The notes: generated by a model from the sequence alone, not told the origin. 64,000 nt of DNA from Acanthaster planci (GCF_001949145.1 NW_019091355.1:119720-183719); one strand, 5' to 3'; counted from the stretch's first letter, positions 13,286-27,350 are shown. Numbers and translations: made by a program.

Positions 13286-15293
13286 TTAATCAGAATCACA
13301 ATTTTCCCTGTACCAGTCTTGCAGTGTGACAATCAGATGTGGAATTATACAGTCAAGCAGTGCCATACCGTTTGCTGTGGCTCTCAAACCTATTCTATCT
13401 TTGACAAGAAGTCCAGCTTGGACAAGTCTCTGTACATTATCATCACAGAATACATCACTCATATACCCTCCTTGTGATAACTCTGCCCATCGTTTGCAGG
13501 TTACACCTAGGTTTGTTCTCATTCCTACCAAGAGCAGCTCTTGTAGGATATCAAGCTGTGATTGGCTGACTCTCTTCCTAGTTCCATGTCCATATTTGAG
13601 AACCTCATACATCCAAGACCTAGGCTCCAATGTCTGAATTCTGGCCTCACGATATCTCATTGAATTGCTACCTTGTTTGATTTCAGATCTACTTGTGGTG
13701 TACTCATGGTTTGGCTTGATACACGTTTTAAAACTGTCCCTGCTGTAACTTTTACATTCATTAACACTTTCACAGTTTTGTGGTATAAATCGTCCATGAG
13801 CTCCAGGACCTATTCCAATATACTGCCCACCCGCCCAGTATGACTGGTTGTGTATGCACTCGTATCCCTCCTTAGCAAAGTTTGAAACCTCATATCTCTT
13901 CAGTCTCTCCTCTTCCATCATATCAACCGCCAATGTGTACATATCGGCAACATCATCATGAGAAGGCAACCGTACCTGACCCCTTGCGTGCATTTCAAAT
14001 AATGTTGTGCCTCTTTCAAGTGTTAGCTGATACAAAGACAAATGATTGTCACAGATTGTTAACAACTGTTGCAGTTCTTGCTCCCATGAGGACAGTGTCT
14101 GTCCTGGCCGCCCAAAGATGATGTCCAGGGATAAACGTCCAGGGAAAACTCTTCTTGCTTCTTCAATGCATTGCAAGGATTCAGATGTGGTGTGGTCTCT
14201 GCCAAGAAGCTTCAGATCATTATCATTCAATGCCTGTATGCCAAGTGAAACACGATTAATGCCTGCAAAAGAAACAAAAAGTGAAGTTACTGACGTTCAC
14301 TCTTCCAGTCCCGAAACCAGAGACTTCAGTTGACGTGCAATCGTAAGTATGCACAATCTGCTGGTATTAACATGGAGTAAATTTACAGACAGTAAAATAA
14401 AATCAGGTCAGCTTCAGCTGTATAGTGAGGAAACAACACAAGATGTGGGATAACACTAAAACATAAATTCTGACTTTCAAACAAGAAAATAATTTGTATT
14501 TCATAGGATGGGTTGCAGGTAAGGCATGGGTATAACTAATTTTAAAAATCAACGGGACTGCAATGGGTATACATGTATTTGCCTCTTTTCACTGATCATA
14601 AGAGACAGTGATATGAAGATACCACAATTAACTATAGCAACCCTTAACACCTGCTAGTTTGAAATCTTGTAGTTTGGTACGACCCACAGAAGTTGGATTC
14701 CCTTCCATAGTGACTTCAGCATTGGACGATACATCAACCAAGCCTGACACTGTATCCAAGACAGCCTGTAATGTTTGTGGCTTTGCTAAACTTGGTGTTC
14801 CTCCCCCAAAGAAGACTGACTTGATGCGTTTTATCCCACTTTGATCAATTAATGTTCGTGCCTCCTGCACAAGACACTGTTGCATTTTGGCATGATCCAC
14901 GACCTTGTCAATATATTTGTTGAAGTTACAGTATGTACAGCGTCGCTGGCAGTAAGGCCAATGAACATACAATGTTGCTTCATCCATCCACTCCGATGTA
15001 GGTATACTGTCCAACATGCCCCTCTCAAAAGACGTTGGTTGAGCTTGCTTCGATGAATGACAAGCTTCATGAAGTAGTTTGTTATGAACTCTCATGGGAC
15101 GAAACTGAACATTTCTGCAACAAACAATTTGTGCTTTGCTGTAAACAGACTTTGCAGCATACAGTGAGGAAATACTGCATGTAAGGCAAGCTGACAGTCT
15201 GTTCAATCCATTGGAAGCTTTGATGAAGTGCAGAAGTTGAGAATCAAGTCCTAAAAATGATGGCATCATTCTAGTTAGGTTGTGTTGACTCAT
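13286..15293 (-). CDS. RSAD1: Radical SAM domain-containing protein 1 (HemW/HemN-like heme chaperone, mitochondrial)
   Basis: Two coding exons: 15293-14651 (first in-frame ATG at 15293; true start uncertain) and 14262-13286, joined in phase 1 as KLAG|INRVSLGIQAL. Motifs include LYVHWPYCQRRCTYCNF (CxxxCxxC), VFFGGGTPS, EVTMEGNP, HLSLYQLTLERGT, YEVSNFA, HNQSYW, YIGIGPGAHG and REARIQTLEP. Confidence 0.93.
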
Positions 15294-15799
15294 GAAAATG
15301 TTCCTTCTTCTGTACACAGTTGACTCAATGAAACAACGTCCTGTTCAAATCTTAATCATTGAAACATTCTTGTCACGCTGGTTTGCAAAGCTAGGTCCAG
15401 TACAACCTTAAATCCACCAGTGGAACAGGTCAACCTGAAATAAACTCAGATTTCATTTATACTGGTAAAATATGGTACTGACAACATCAAAAGTGTAAAT
15501 CAGGTAATACACCATGTATATTCAATGTACATTGTAAGCAATGTGTGCACCGTCAGTTACATCCAATGGTGATATTGTTCACACCTGTAATAACATGATT
15601 TGAAAGCACTTTTAGACTCGTTTCAGTTTGACAGACCGCAGAGCAAGGACAGTGATCCAGTTCAGTTTGACAACAACCCCCCCCACCACCACCACCACAC
15701 ACGTACTTGCCTCTGTTAAAAATGGCTAAGCTATGGCCCAGGTTCTTCTCTTCCGGCCGCCCTGGCCCTTTTTCTGGGCGAGTGTTACTGTTTTATACT

Positions 15800-16246
15800 N
15801 NNNNNNNNNNNNNNNNNNNNNNNNNNNNNNNNNNNNNNNNNNNNNNNNNNNNNNNNNNNNNNNNNNNNNNNNNNNNNNNNNNNNNNNNNNNNNNNNNNNN
15901 NNNNNNNNNNNNNNNNNNNNNNNNNNNNNNNNNNNNNNNNNNNNNNNNNNNNNNNNNNNNNNNNNNNNNNNNNNNNNNNNNNNNNNNNNNNNNNNNNNNN
16001 NNNNNNNNNNNNNNNNNNNNNNNNNNNNNNNNNNNNNNNNNNNNNNNNNNNNNNNNNNNNNNNNNNNNNNNNNNNNNNNNNNNNNNNNNNNNNNNNNNNN
16101 NNNNNNNNNNNNNNNNNNNNNNNNNNNNNNNNNNNNNNNNNNNNNNNNNNNNNNNNNNNNNNNNNNNNNNNNNNNNNNNNNNNNNNNNNNNNNNNNNNNN
16201 NNNNNNNNNNNNNNNNNNNNNNNNNNNNNNNNNNNNNNNNNNNNNN
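15800..16246. other. Assembly gap (N run)
   Basis: Run of N. ORFs spanning it are artefacts. Confidence 1.
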
Positions 16247-16348
16247 TAACTCGGACCCACGACCATCTCGGACCCACGACCATCTCGGACCCACGTCAAC
16301 TCGGACCCACGCCATTTCGGACCCACTTCGAGTCAACTCGGACCCACT
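16247..16348 (+). repeat. Short tandem array of (C/T)TCGGACCCAC units with 16-21 bp period, abutting the gap
   Basis: Six copies start at about 16250, 16267, 16284, 16300, 16316 and 16337. The array probably continues into the gap. Confidence 0.85.
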
Positions 16349-16811
16349 GAGTCAGCTCAGCTTGTTCATGTCAAACAAAAGTGTCAGATTACTCCAGCAC
16401 GTCAGAAATTTTAAAAAATGGGAATCAGCTTACATTTAAACGTATAGTGTGGGCGGCCAAAAAGGCCAACTTTAACAATGACAAAAATAAGGATTCGTGT
16501 CCGTGTCCTTCCTCGATATACACATGTACATTGCACATGTAAGCTATTACAAGTACTAGTAGGCAAGATCACTCGTGTACGGTACGCGGTCCGGTCGCAG
16601 ATCCTATAGTCTGGTTGCTCGATCAATGCTATATTGTTCAATGTGCAGTATTGACACCAGGTGCAAGATTCATCCCACATATTAATTTTTTGTGGCCGGA
16701 CTCACGTCATTCTATGGATACGTTAAGCCCAAACACAGGCTTAACAAGCTATTTTCTTCAACTGTAGAAATAACTAGAGTTGTAAGAAATAGAGGATCTA
16801 ACTGAGGAATA

Positions 16812-19800
16812 ATGAGTGAGCTGAGACATCGCGAAGGGCAAGTAACACAGGGATCATTAAGTAGCGATCCTGAAAATAAAACGAAGCTGGTGAATGAACA
16901 AGCCAAGACAGACGTGACGACGGAAGTACATGTAAGAGCGGCAAATTTCCCATTCAAACAACTCGCCCCAACACTGCTTTAGCTCGCCCCCAAACTTGAT
17001 TTCACTTTCTCACTTTTCGGTGGCGTATTGAACTTAACTCCTTTCCACCCGCATGGCCTCTTTGTTTTCTTCGTACTGTTGAAAATTAAGGACAGTTGTC
17101 AGACTTGTTGGCTTATCCTTGAAAACCTTCGGGAAAGAGTTCCATGAACATACATACATGTATGTACATTTAGGCCGAGCCTAAAAGCCTAGTAGTAGTA
17201 GTAGAAGTACTATTAGGGCCTACTGCTAGTGGTATGCTACCTTCCTACGTGTATCCTGGGCCTACGATTGTTCGAACAATTTGACTCAAAAGTGTTAAGG
17301 CCCCGTTTAGAAATTTATGAGACCTGCCGTAAAAAAGAGTGTTTTTTAAGTAAATGCTTTAGAATATACTTAGCTAAATTTCACTTTAGGAGATGTTTTC
17401 ACTTTCTGACAGCTGTTATAGGGCCTATAACAATTTAAGGGAAAATCTGTGTTTTCTGTATGGAACTCTCTCCAGCTTCGTTCTGAAATGACTTTTGCAA
17501 TATTGTGTAAAATATGGAAGAGTAGTTTGAAGGAATCTGTGACTTTTCTACCTGATTCACCCTGTTTTTATTCCTGTGGTGCATTTTGTAGGGCATTGTC
17601 AAAATCCTCATTTTGAGCATTTTTGACCGCAGTCATCCATTCATCATATTTTCCCTTGAACTTGTTAAAAGTAATCAAAACCTTTCCCTCACAAATTGAC
17701 CTAGCTCGTAATAATATTCAACATGATGTCATCACCATGTAGGTGAAGCCAAGTGTGGATATTAGAAAAATATCCTAGCCTGCACAATCTCCAGAAATGA
17801 AATTTATGATACATGTGTAGTGTCCCTAGAACAAGGTCTATAAATTTTCCCATAAAGTGTTATACATGTAACAGCCATTACAAAATTATAACATGTCCTA
17901 AAAAGTAAAATTTCACTGGGAAAATTCCCAAACATTTACAAACGTAACAAGAAAACACTTAGGTTTTTTTCAGGCAAGTCTCATAGACCTACAGGTTTGT
18001 GCACAGAGGCATCAAATGTTTTCCGTATTATTCCATGTCTCCACCATGCCAACTATCATGCTGCAGTTGGTCTGGCCCAACCATTGTTGCAAATTTCTAT
18101 CCAGAATTTCTCAAGCTGTTCCAACTTAATGCAGCTCACACCTCGGATATAATTCATCACAAACATGGCACTTTATAATTATAAACCCATCCCCGCAAGT
18201 ATGAGTCTTTGATGTAAATAAAATAATTTTGGGACATGTGTGAATGGCACTCATAGGACTGATGTTGATGCAATATTGCTTGTGATAAAATATGGTGATT
18301 ATGAATCTGGATGCATACACAGACCCTGTATCATGCTTGTAAGTTATTATGTTACATTAAAAGACAGATTTCTTTTATGTTTTAACATGCTTAAAATACA
18401 TGCAGCAGTAAACTCCTGCAAAACCTTACAGCTGAGGTAATTTGAGAGTCCACACCACCTGTGTGATAAAGAGTTATATTGCAAAGTGCTGAGGGACAGA
18501 ATGGTTTGGGGTTGTTTGCCTCGTTTGGGGCTGTTTGCCTTGTTTGGGGCTGTTTGCCTTTTAGCAATAGTATTTAGATTCACTATTTTAGATCTTGTCA
18601 TATTGTCTAGAAAAGTGTGTTTTTTTGTTTGGTCTGATGTGATGATGAGGAATATAATAATAATAATGGAGCGTGGACTGAAGTATTCACTATATGATGG
18701 ATGACATTCCAAGTGCTAGCTCGTAGGAGTTAATAGCATAAAAGACTATGATAAGAAGGGTTTGGAAAGGCAAGGTACATGTACGTGTATGCTCCTCAGA
18801 GGAGTCTAATGGACTTATCTTTTGTTTTCTTTTTGTATACGTGTATATAGGAGGGTTTGTAGTGTTTTTAAATACTATAAACAGTGTTTAGAAGTAGCAT
18901 GTTTAATTCCAAGAACTCACTTTGTACCTTACTTTTTGTTGTTGAAATAGTCACATTTGAAGGATGGTTGAACCAATGAAGGTGTCTTCAAATGAAGGTC
19001 ATGATGAGGTTTACATTTTAAAAAATATAAGATTTGTTTTCATCTACCTAAAAGTAAATGAAACCCATTTTGCATTTCATTATGTGCGCCATACAACGGA
19101 GTGAGCTGAAAACCATCAAAAGCTCATAAAAAATCTTTGTTACATACATCTTATTTACATATATCTTACTCTTATTTTGCTCTGAGATTGAATGTTATTG
19201 GGTCTAAAAGTATGATAATCAATGAGACTAACCACTTAGATTATATCATTGCAGGGAAAATTCAGTCATGTATAATTTGTTCGCAATTAGCATGTGGTGA
19301 GTGGTCATTTTCACTCATACGGGGTCTTATTTTTCCGTCAGTGATTGCATTGTTGTACTGCAGGTATCTACATGATTACCTGTGCAGATTTCATCTCATT
19401 AGTACATCATGAAAATCAAGTGTACATTAACACGTAGGCATGGTAACCCATGACAACCAAATATATTTCTGTTTCTAATTATAGATCATGTGATTAGTCT
19501 TGCAACCAGCACAGACAGCTGGTTGAGTGTTGTGTATATATTTGGGCATTCCACATGCCAGACATGTCAGTGCAAACTGCATTGGTGCTGAGTACCAGTG
19601 GCAGTGTAAATAAATTATGAAAATTGGAATGGAAAGGCAGGGTTGTGTCATACATGTTGGAATCTCCTACTTTATGATGATGTTTATAAGACCATAGGAC
19701 ACATTCTCGGTGCCTGGCATGCACATGTGCATTATGCAAAGTGTATGGTACAGCCATCACATTTATCATGTGAGGACTATTATGTAATATTTACCCAAAA

Positions 19801-22800
19801 GAATTCCTGCTGTATATATTTTCAGCATCAGACATGTGACTTTCATGCTGTATCTTGTCTTGTTTACATCACACACACATGTGACTATTTCTCTATCTGG
19901 GGCCCTCATAGATTACATTGTACATTGCACTTACGCCTTGATCCCTCTAGAGCAGATTACATCATGAATGAGTTGGTTAGAAAGAACTCATCTTTAAAAT
20001 TAAGAAATGCAGTTTTTATAGCAAACACAAAAGCCATTTATCCTGTTGTGCAAGTTAATGTTTAAACTCTGACTGACCTTGAGAATCCATCATGATAATT
20101 AGTGACAAATTATTAAATATATTAGGCATTTTTCTAAATTTGTAAACCCTGTTTACCAGAGAATGTCTGGGAAAAAATGTGTGGTGTACCTACATGTATG
20201 TACAGTACATCCCACTCCCATCCTCTCCTCACGTGGACTTAAACCTTTGGTCTTGTTCTCTGATATAACCTTCATTTCAGAAGCCAGCCTCTGGCTGCAC
20301 ACCTCCAGATGGAATACAAGAAACTTTGCCACAAATAGCTGATCCGCCAATCCCTCCTCAGAAGGACACTGTACCCTCCATCTTGAAAGGTTTTTCACCG
20401 AGGTAATTTTAGAAGCTGGAGTTACATGTATTTCAGGTTCCAAGATTAATTTTGTATTTGCTCCACCACAGCCTTTATTGGAGTTGGTTTTGTGCACCAG
20501 TTGTGGGAAATCATTTCTTAATGATTTATTCATCAGTTCTTTGCTTGGCACTCTTCTTCAGATGGCAGAATTGGTTCATTCGAGGAGGTTTCTCCATCAT
20601 TATGGTAGCAGGCTTTGCTTTCATCATACATTATGGACCCGTAGCAATTACTGGCCTTGTAAGTCTTTCATTCTCATGTTTCACTGCTTTCTAGAAGTTG
20701 GGTTTTTAATCTAATTCCTCAGACTTATGCCTGCCCCTACCCAGCAGCTCTTGGTGGAATATTTTTATCACTGATGATTTTCCACCAGAAATGCAGGTGT
20801 CAGTTAATTGAGCTACATGTACATGTAGTTCGTTAAATTTCAAGAAGGCAAGGTATTTTGGGAACAAAGGGCTTGCAGGAGTCTGCATATAGCTGCACTG
20901 GTAGGGCAGGCAATCGTGTGCACATGCTGCTGTTCCCAAATGACTTTGGATTCGCTTCAGTTTGGGCATGTCCTATTGGAATACTGAACCAGCTTGTTAT
21001 CAGCAAATTACTGCCAACTCTACCCTCACAAGAACCAGTAGTTACATTATTTACATGTCCATGAATACAAGTAGCTACATGTATGTAGAGACAAAGTATC
21101 ATGCCTAAGGATGTACACACCACAAACAGGTATGGAATGGACCCCACTAGGATATGGCACGTCATGATCATGACATCCACAGCTACAACATACTAAAAAA
21201 TATACAGATATTTCTGGAACAATGTGATAAGTGTTCCATTTTCCTCATTGGTAGCCTACATGTACATACATGTACTGCCCTCTGGAATGCTGCGCATATT
21301 CAGTAATACAAGACATACATGTAATTAATTGGTTCTCTGCCCTAGGTCTTGCTTATTGAGATGATGTGTTTCCACGAGATAATCACCATTGGTCATGCTG
21401 TCTACCGGTCACAAGACCTTCCCTGGTTCCGCACACTTAGCTGGTACTTCTTGCTGTGTGCCAATTACTTTGTATATGGCCAGAGCATGAAGGACTACTT
21501 TGGCATCGTGCTTCACAGAGACCTGGTACAGTCTTCACAGTTACTTTGAATAAGAAGTTCTTAGAATTGAGATGCATGAATTCTTTGACTGAAAAAAAAT
21601 TAATTTATTTTTCATCAAAACAGTTTGCATTTATGACAGTTACATATAATTGGAACTGATTATATCAAAAGCTCTTTCATGAGAGAGCTAAAAGCCACTC
21701 AAAATAAACGGCATAATTCTTTTTTTTCCCAGGAATTCTTGCAGCCGCTGATCGATTACTATCGTTTTATTGCTTTCTGGCTTTACATGTTTGGTATGTA
21801 TACTACTGTATGTGTCGATATACAGCAACCCTATGTACATTATGTATACCGAAAGGAGAGTAGTTTTCTATTTTTCAATAGGGTATCCAAAAGATATATA
21901 CACAAAATCAATGAAAATAGATAAAAGTTGCTTTCATTTTTAATTAATCGATACCCAGGGCCTTGACAATGTGTTTTCTTGTTCACACATTCAATAGTTT
22001 GTGCACGGACAGTATGTTAAGTACCATCAGGTTGTGCCATGGCACCATTGTTTTTCTGTCCATCAAAGTAATTTAAGTGCACCTGTCGCAGCTTTCTTGC
22101 GTTAATTTTGCATCTGATAGGAGTGGCAGATTGACATTATGTGCCTTTGTGCCCAGTGTAATCACCATAAATTGTTTCATGCTCCTGCTGTGAATGTATT
22201 GACTCTGGGTACAGGAACATGTGTAGTGCATTTACATGTATGTCAGCTTGCTTAATGCTTGTACAGTATATCAGAATTCTCATGGTCATATAAATCCATC
22301 TGTTATAAGTACTCTACAAATGTAATGTATTTATTTCTCTTCTGAACTTGTACAGGCTTCATGTTGTTTGTGCTGTCACTAAGAAAATCCCAATATCTGG
22401 TTCAGTTCACGCTGGTAAGTTTGTAACACAAATGCATTGATAATTCCAAGCTACAGTTTGCTCTTGGACAGACTATTGATCAACTATTCACACAGGGACT
22501 TCTCTTAATAATTGTTATTTGGTCTTGTTTTTTCCCATTACTTAGTTTGGTTGGACACACATAGCCCTCCTGATTGTTGTTACTCAATCCAACCTGATTG
22601 TTCAGAGTATGTTTGAAGGAATTATCTGGTTTCTTCTCTCAACGACATCTGTCATCTGCAATGACATCATGGCCTACTTGTTTGGTAAGACATAAGCAAG
22701 ACATAATATAGCGCATTAAATGAAGTCACAAATTGCTTCTCTAATTCAGCATTGTCATTGGGTCAGTTGCTTCACGAATAAAATAGTTTGTCAAGTACAA

Positions 22801-25169
22801 TAATTTTGGAAATTTCCATGCTACTACTGTGTCCTATGCAGGGAAAAATGTGCTAAAAATTCTATCTGTATTTTCTCATAGAAAGGAAAGATAAGACTGA
22901 GTGGGATGATTCATTTTTAATCACTAGCAACATCTTTAGTTTCCACTTCTTTGTTAGTATTGAAAATAATGGAAGCCAACTTAAAGTTGGAAGCAAATCC
23001 ACAATCAGCTTGATTCTATCAGCAAACTATATTGAATATGACTCAAAGTACGCACTGTAGTGTTGACTTTTGGCATTATGTTCACGCAACAGTTCATTTT
23101 TTGTCTTCTCTTATAAAAGGCTTTTTCTTTGGCCGTACTTCACTGATAAAACTTTCACCCAAGAAAACCTGGGAGGGATTCATTGGTGCCTGTTTCTCCA
23201 CTGTCATCTTCATCGTCATTGTGAGTCCTCAACATTTAACAGACGTTAAATTCCCAAAATGGTTGCACTTCCTTGAAGACATTATGAATTTTTGAATGTA
23301 TCATCTACTGAAGGACAAGAACCATTGTGAATTACTTCATGTACATGTATGTGGAATAAATCAGCAACAGATTAAGAAATTCTTTCCTTTTTTCAGCTTG
23401 CCAACATCCTCAAACGCTACACCTTCTTTGTCTGCCCTCCTGAGGTATGTCTACTTGTTTATGATTGACATCAGAAAAAAAATGATTTGATTTCATCAGA
23501 TTATATATTTAATTGTTTTTACCACATCAAAAGTGCTATGTTACTTTTCACATGTTTGTGTTTGTTGACAAATTATGACAAATTTATCCTTGTTGTTAAT
23601 TCTTCTCATAGTTTGATGATGAGAAAGGCGAGTTTGTAATGGACTGTGAACCTTCTAGCACCTTCTACCCAAGAGAGTACAATGTACCAGTCTTCATGCA
23701 GAACTCACTGGCTTTGGTAAGTGGAGAAGACATTTCGTGTAAGTGAATCCAGATGAATGAATTGTCTGCTCTTTTTTATTCTCACTGTCTATAAAGTCAG
23801 TCATTACTCACATGTGTGTTTTTTTCATATGTGGAAGAAGACAATTGGCACCTTATCAGTAAGATGTTTTGAGCAATAGCTCATTGTTTATTTCTATCTG
23901 TTTGTAGGTTGGTATTGAATGGCAGACCTTCACAACCTTACCAGTGTACATTCACGCTGCTGTAATTGGCCTTTTTGCATCTTTGGTGAGCCCCTTTGGT
24001 GGATTCTTTGCTAGTGGCTTCAAGAGAGCATTCAAGATCAAGGTATGTTAACCAAAGCCACTGCCTGAATATAACAGTCAAGGCTTCTACACAAATCCTG
24101 GAGGGTGTCACATTTTTGTTTTTATGTACAATTATTTTGTAGGATTTTGGTGATGTGATTCCAGGCCATGGAGGAATCATGGATCGTTTTGACTGCCAAT
24201 TCTTGATGGCCTCTTTCCTCTATGTTTATCTCCACACCTTCCTGAAGTAAGTCAAGATGTTGATATCATGAGTTGGTTTGATCGAATACTTTGGTTGGCA
24301 ATACACATTGGCTGAGTTCGGGCAGCTTGTTCTTGTATGTTTACGAACAGTTCGATTTGTTGTTCATGGGTTGGCTGCTCAAACGCCAGGAACAAACACT
24401 GGTTATTGCTGCTGACAGTTAATGGCAAGTAATATGCAACATGGCAGCATCCATGTACATGTACGTAATTCAAGAGCTAATGTAGGGAACTAAGCTGATT
24501 TTTTTTCTATTTAACAGAGGCTTTCATTTCTGTGCAATGGAAAACAGTTATGTTAATTTTCCAAAACTTCCCATTGTCTCTGGCTTTGTAAGCCATCTCT
24601 TTCCTTTTTGCAGCTGTTCAAAACTCAAAATCTCTCAAGTTTTCCGTGTGTTCCTGTAAAACCCTGACGAGGAGGTGGTGTGGGATCCTGTTCCAAGAAC
24701 AGTGTTCTTGAGTCATGTTCCCGCCATTCGAGAACGAGAACAAGAAACCTGTGTCAAGAATGGCTGCCTGAGCTCAAAAATTGTGTTCCATTTTAATCAG
24801 TTTCGTGCTCGTCAGTTACGGCATATCTAGTCTTGTTTACTGCCATTTTTTCAATGTGTCATGCTATTTATTTAGCTGAGACTAGCAAAATGAGCTTCCA
24901 TGATTTCCATTAAGCTGTACTGAAGTCATTGCAATAGTACATGTATATCATTGAATGTGATACTTTATTCAAACTGACATCACAGTAACCTTGCCATAAA
25001 GTCAGCACACAAATGAGTACATTGTGCTGAGTTTGAATGTGTCTGCTCCAGGTCTGCCTACCCGCAGAAGCTGGTCCAGCAAATATTTCAACTGAGTGCA
25101 GAGGATCAACTGATGGTATACAAACAACTTACTGAACATCTGAATAAGACTGGTGTCTTGCCAATGTGA
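16812..25169 (+). CDS. CDS2: Phosphatidate cytidylyltransferase (CDP-diacylglycerol synthase, CDS1/CDS2/CdsA orthologue)
   Basis: Exons: 16812-16931 (MSELRHREG), 20281-20402, 20562-20658, 21346-21525, 21733-21793, 22356-22414, 22546-22684, 23120-23220, 23397-23444, 23612-23716, 23908-24042, 24143-24246, 25052-25169 (TGA). All junctions are GT-AG and phase-compatible. Motifs include [47 protein letters not shown] and [32 protein letters not shown]. Confidence 0.95.
18504..18560 (+). repeat. 19-bp minisatellite, 3 copies, in the first CDS intron
   Basis: GTTTGGGGTTGTTTGCCTC / GTTTGGGGCTGTTTGCCTT / GTTTGGGGCTGTTTGCCTT. Confidence 0.9.
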
Positions 25170-25590
25170 AGGAGCTCCTGGACAAGTTGAATCAGCAGTA
25201 AGTACAGGAAACAGACCTTGATACTTGATAAAAAGGCTGTGTCTGAACAGGCATTGTATATGGGGCTACAGATATTCATTGCATTGCAGTTTCAAAAACT
25301 GAAGCCGTAGCCACATTATTGCTGATTCAGACATAGCCTAAAATTTGTGGCTGTAGAATATATAAATAGGCTGTGCCATGGCTTGCTTGTAACCACTTTT
25401 TGGTCAAAGCAGCTTAGAAGCTCAAGGTTATTTCATAGCACCTGTTGAGACTGATTAGTTGTGTAGCAATTCAGTAACATTATCACTGCTACCAGATGAA
25501 TGTCCTCATCCTGCCTCTCATCCAAGCAATTTACACTAAACAAACTTCGCAGATAAAGCCTTGTACATGTATATTTTGTGTTGGTGTATA

Positions 25591-26173
25591 TTAACCATAT
25601 GCTGCCGGGTTTAATTTGAAGTTGCATGATGTATAGCCAGGGGATTTTCAAGATGTTCTGTTTTCAGAATTCTTCAAAAATTCATTACTACATGTACTGG
25701 ACGTTTACACCCACGGGAATGACTGTCTTGTGGCTACTCTAATCTGACAGACAATATCTATTGACACCCGAATATTTCAGCCAGGCCTGCCACCTTGTAA
25801 AGAGAGCCCAGATTGTGTGGTGTTACGTAATTTTCATTGTTCCCAAAATTGGCCCAGTGCGCTGCTGGCCTCTTTTTTGAATGTTTAGCGTGCAGCGGTA
25901 TTGTATTGCTTATCCCTGGAGCACTTTTGTCCCCGGTGGTAATCCGCTCGCGCTGAATGCCACAAACAGTGGAATAATCATTCAAAACATCGATGGCTTC
26001 CCTCTGCTATTGACAACTGAAAAAAAGTTGGCAATTCCCAGCAGCTTGGTCTTTTGTTCTGAGTACGTGCTTTCGTTACAAGGCTAGTTCCTTTTGTCCA
26101 ATTTTGGGCACCCCGGCTATGCATATAAAGCCAATGTCTCCGAAACCGAGCTCCCCGGCAGCCAAGTGGTTAA
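25591..26173. mobile_element. TTAA-flanked piggyBac-like MITE downstream of the CDS stop codon
   Basis: The left end is TTAA|CCATATGCTGCCGGG. The right end is CCCGGCAGCCAAGTGG|TTAA (reverse complement CCACTTGGCTGCCGGG). A similar right end, CCCGGCACGAAGTGGTTAA, lies at about 41808-41826. Confidence 0.55.
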
Positions 26174-26988
26174 CCATATGGTTTGCTCATGAGAAGAATA
26201 TTCATCTCAGATAGAATCTACCACTTGTAGATGAATGGAATTAGCTTGGATATTGTGTAGGATGATGTGATTTATGCGTCCAACTGTGCAGACCAAGCAG
26301 CATTGTTTCATTGTTACATATTTTAATGTTTTTAGCCGCTTGGAATGCAGGTGGCTGTTGGTAAGAGGCAGTACATGTATATTTTGCGTAGATGACAGAA
26401 ATGATGTTGATGTACATACAGTACAAAATTAATATTACAATACCACTGAGTGTGGTTGCTTGGGTATGAAGTATCTATGTATATCTAGAACCTGCAGTGT
26501 TAGACATCGAATGCAGACATCTAATTCTAAGAATCTAACAGATTTTGCATGTCATTGTAAAGAAATAAAGTCATAGAAAAAAATTGTTGTAATGTTTCAA
26601 ACATCATGTAATATTGGCCAGAGTTTAACTTGTGTTAAAAAGGTATCTTGAGAATTAGATTAGATTGCCTGTGTTTATTCTGTGTGTAAATGGAGTAAAT
26701 GAAGCCTGTTGGTATGTCATTAAGAAAAATTTAGGTCAGTGTATAAAAACTTGTATTTATTCACCTGTTCCAAGAGCAAGACTCACATGTACAAAGGGTT
26801 GAAATTTCTAGCCTGTGTTTATGTGCTGCATCAGACTAAAAGAGGGCACTCTTTTGCAAACTTATCAAGAGAATGATGCTAGATACCAGTCTTTAGCATA
26901 ATACTTATGGCTTTTTGTGTAAAAAGATGATCTTGAACCAGCTTAGAAGAGAACCAACTTGCTACTTTGTTTGCTTGTAGTTTAAATT

Positions 26989-27350
26989 AATAAGGCATTT
27001 GCGAGTTAAATTTGAATAAAATCTGGTACACTGAGTTATCTGATTGCACACAAACATAACAACTTGACTTCCCCAGGCTAAATACACTGTTGCTGTACCT
27101 CGTGATTCAGGGCAAGCTTTTGCTGAGTGACCACCATCTCTGGACTGGTTCCTTTGTGCCCTTCTTTTCCATTGAGAACAGTGTATTGTTGCAAGGCGTC
27201 TCCTATGTAACTAAGGAAAATCTTGCCCCGAATCACGAGGTATAGCAACAGTGGCTTTGGTATGGAGAATGCCAATTGTTATGTTCACGTGAATTTAAAG
27301 AACTCAAGTGTACCAGATTTTATTCAAATTTAACTCGCAAAAGGCTTATT
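26989..27350. mobile_element. MITE of about 360 bp with TIRs of about 49 bp
   Basis: 26989-27037 (AATAAGGCATTTGCGAGTTAAATTTGAATAAAATCTGGTACACTGAGTT) matches the reverse complement of 27301-27350 (AATAAGCCTTTTGCGAGTTAAATTTGAATAAAATCTGGTACACTTGAGTT). Confidence 0.8.

Noticed and set aside
16247..16348. CRISPR-like appearance of regularly spaced CTCGGACCCAC repeats
   Set aside because: The repeat is only about 11 bp with 5-10 bp similar spacers, there are no cas genes, and the context is eukaryotic. It is a minisatellite or transposon subterminal array.
15707..16350. Long ORFs of 177-205 aa (likewise 38051-38668 and 41369-41956)
   Set aside because: They are open only because they run through N gaps.
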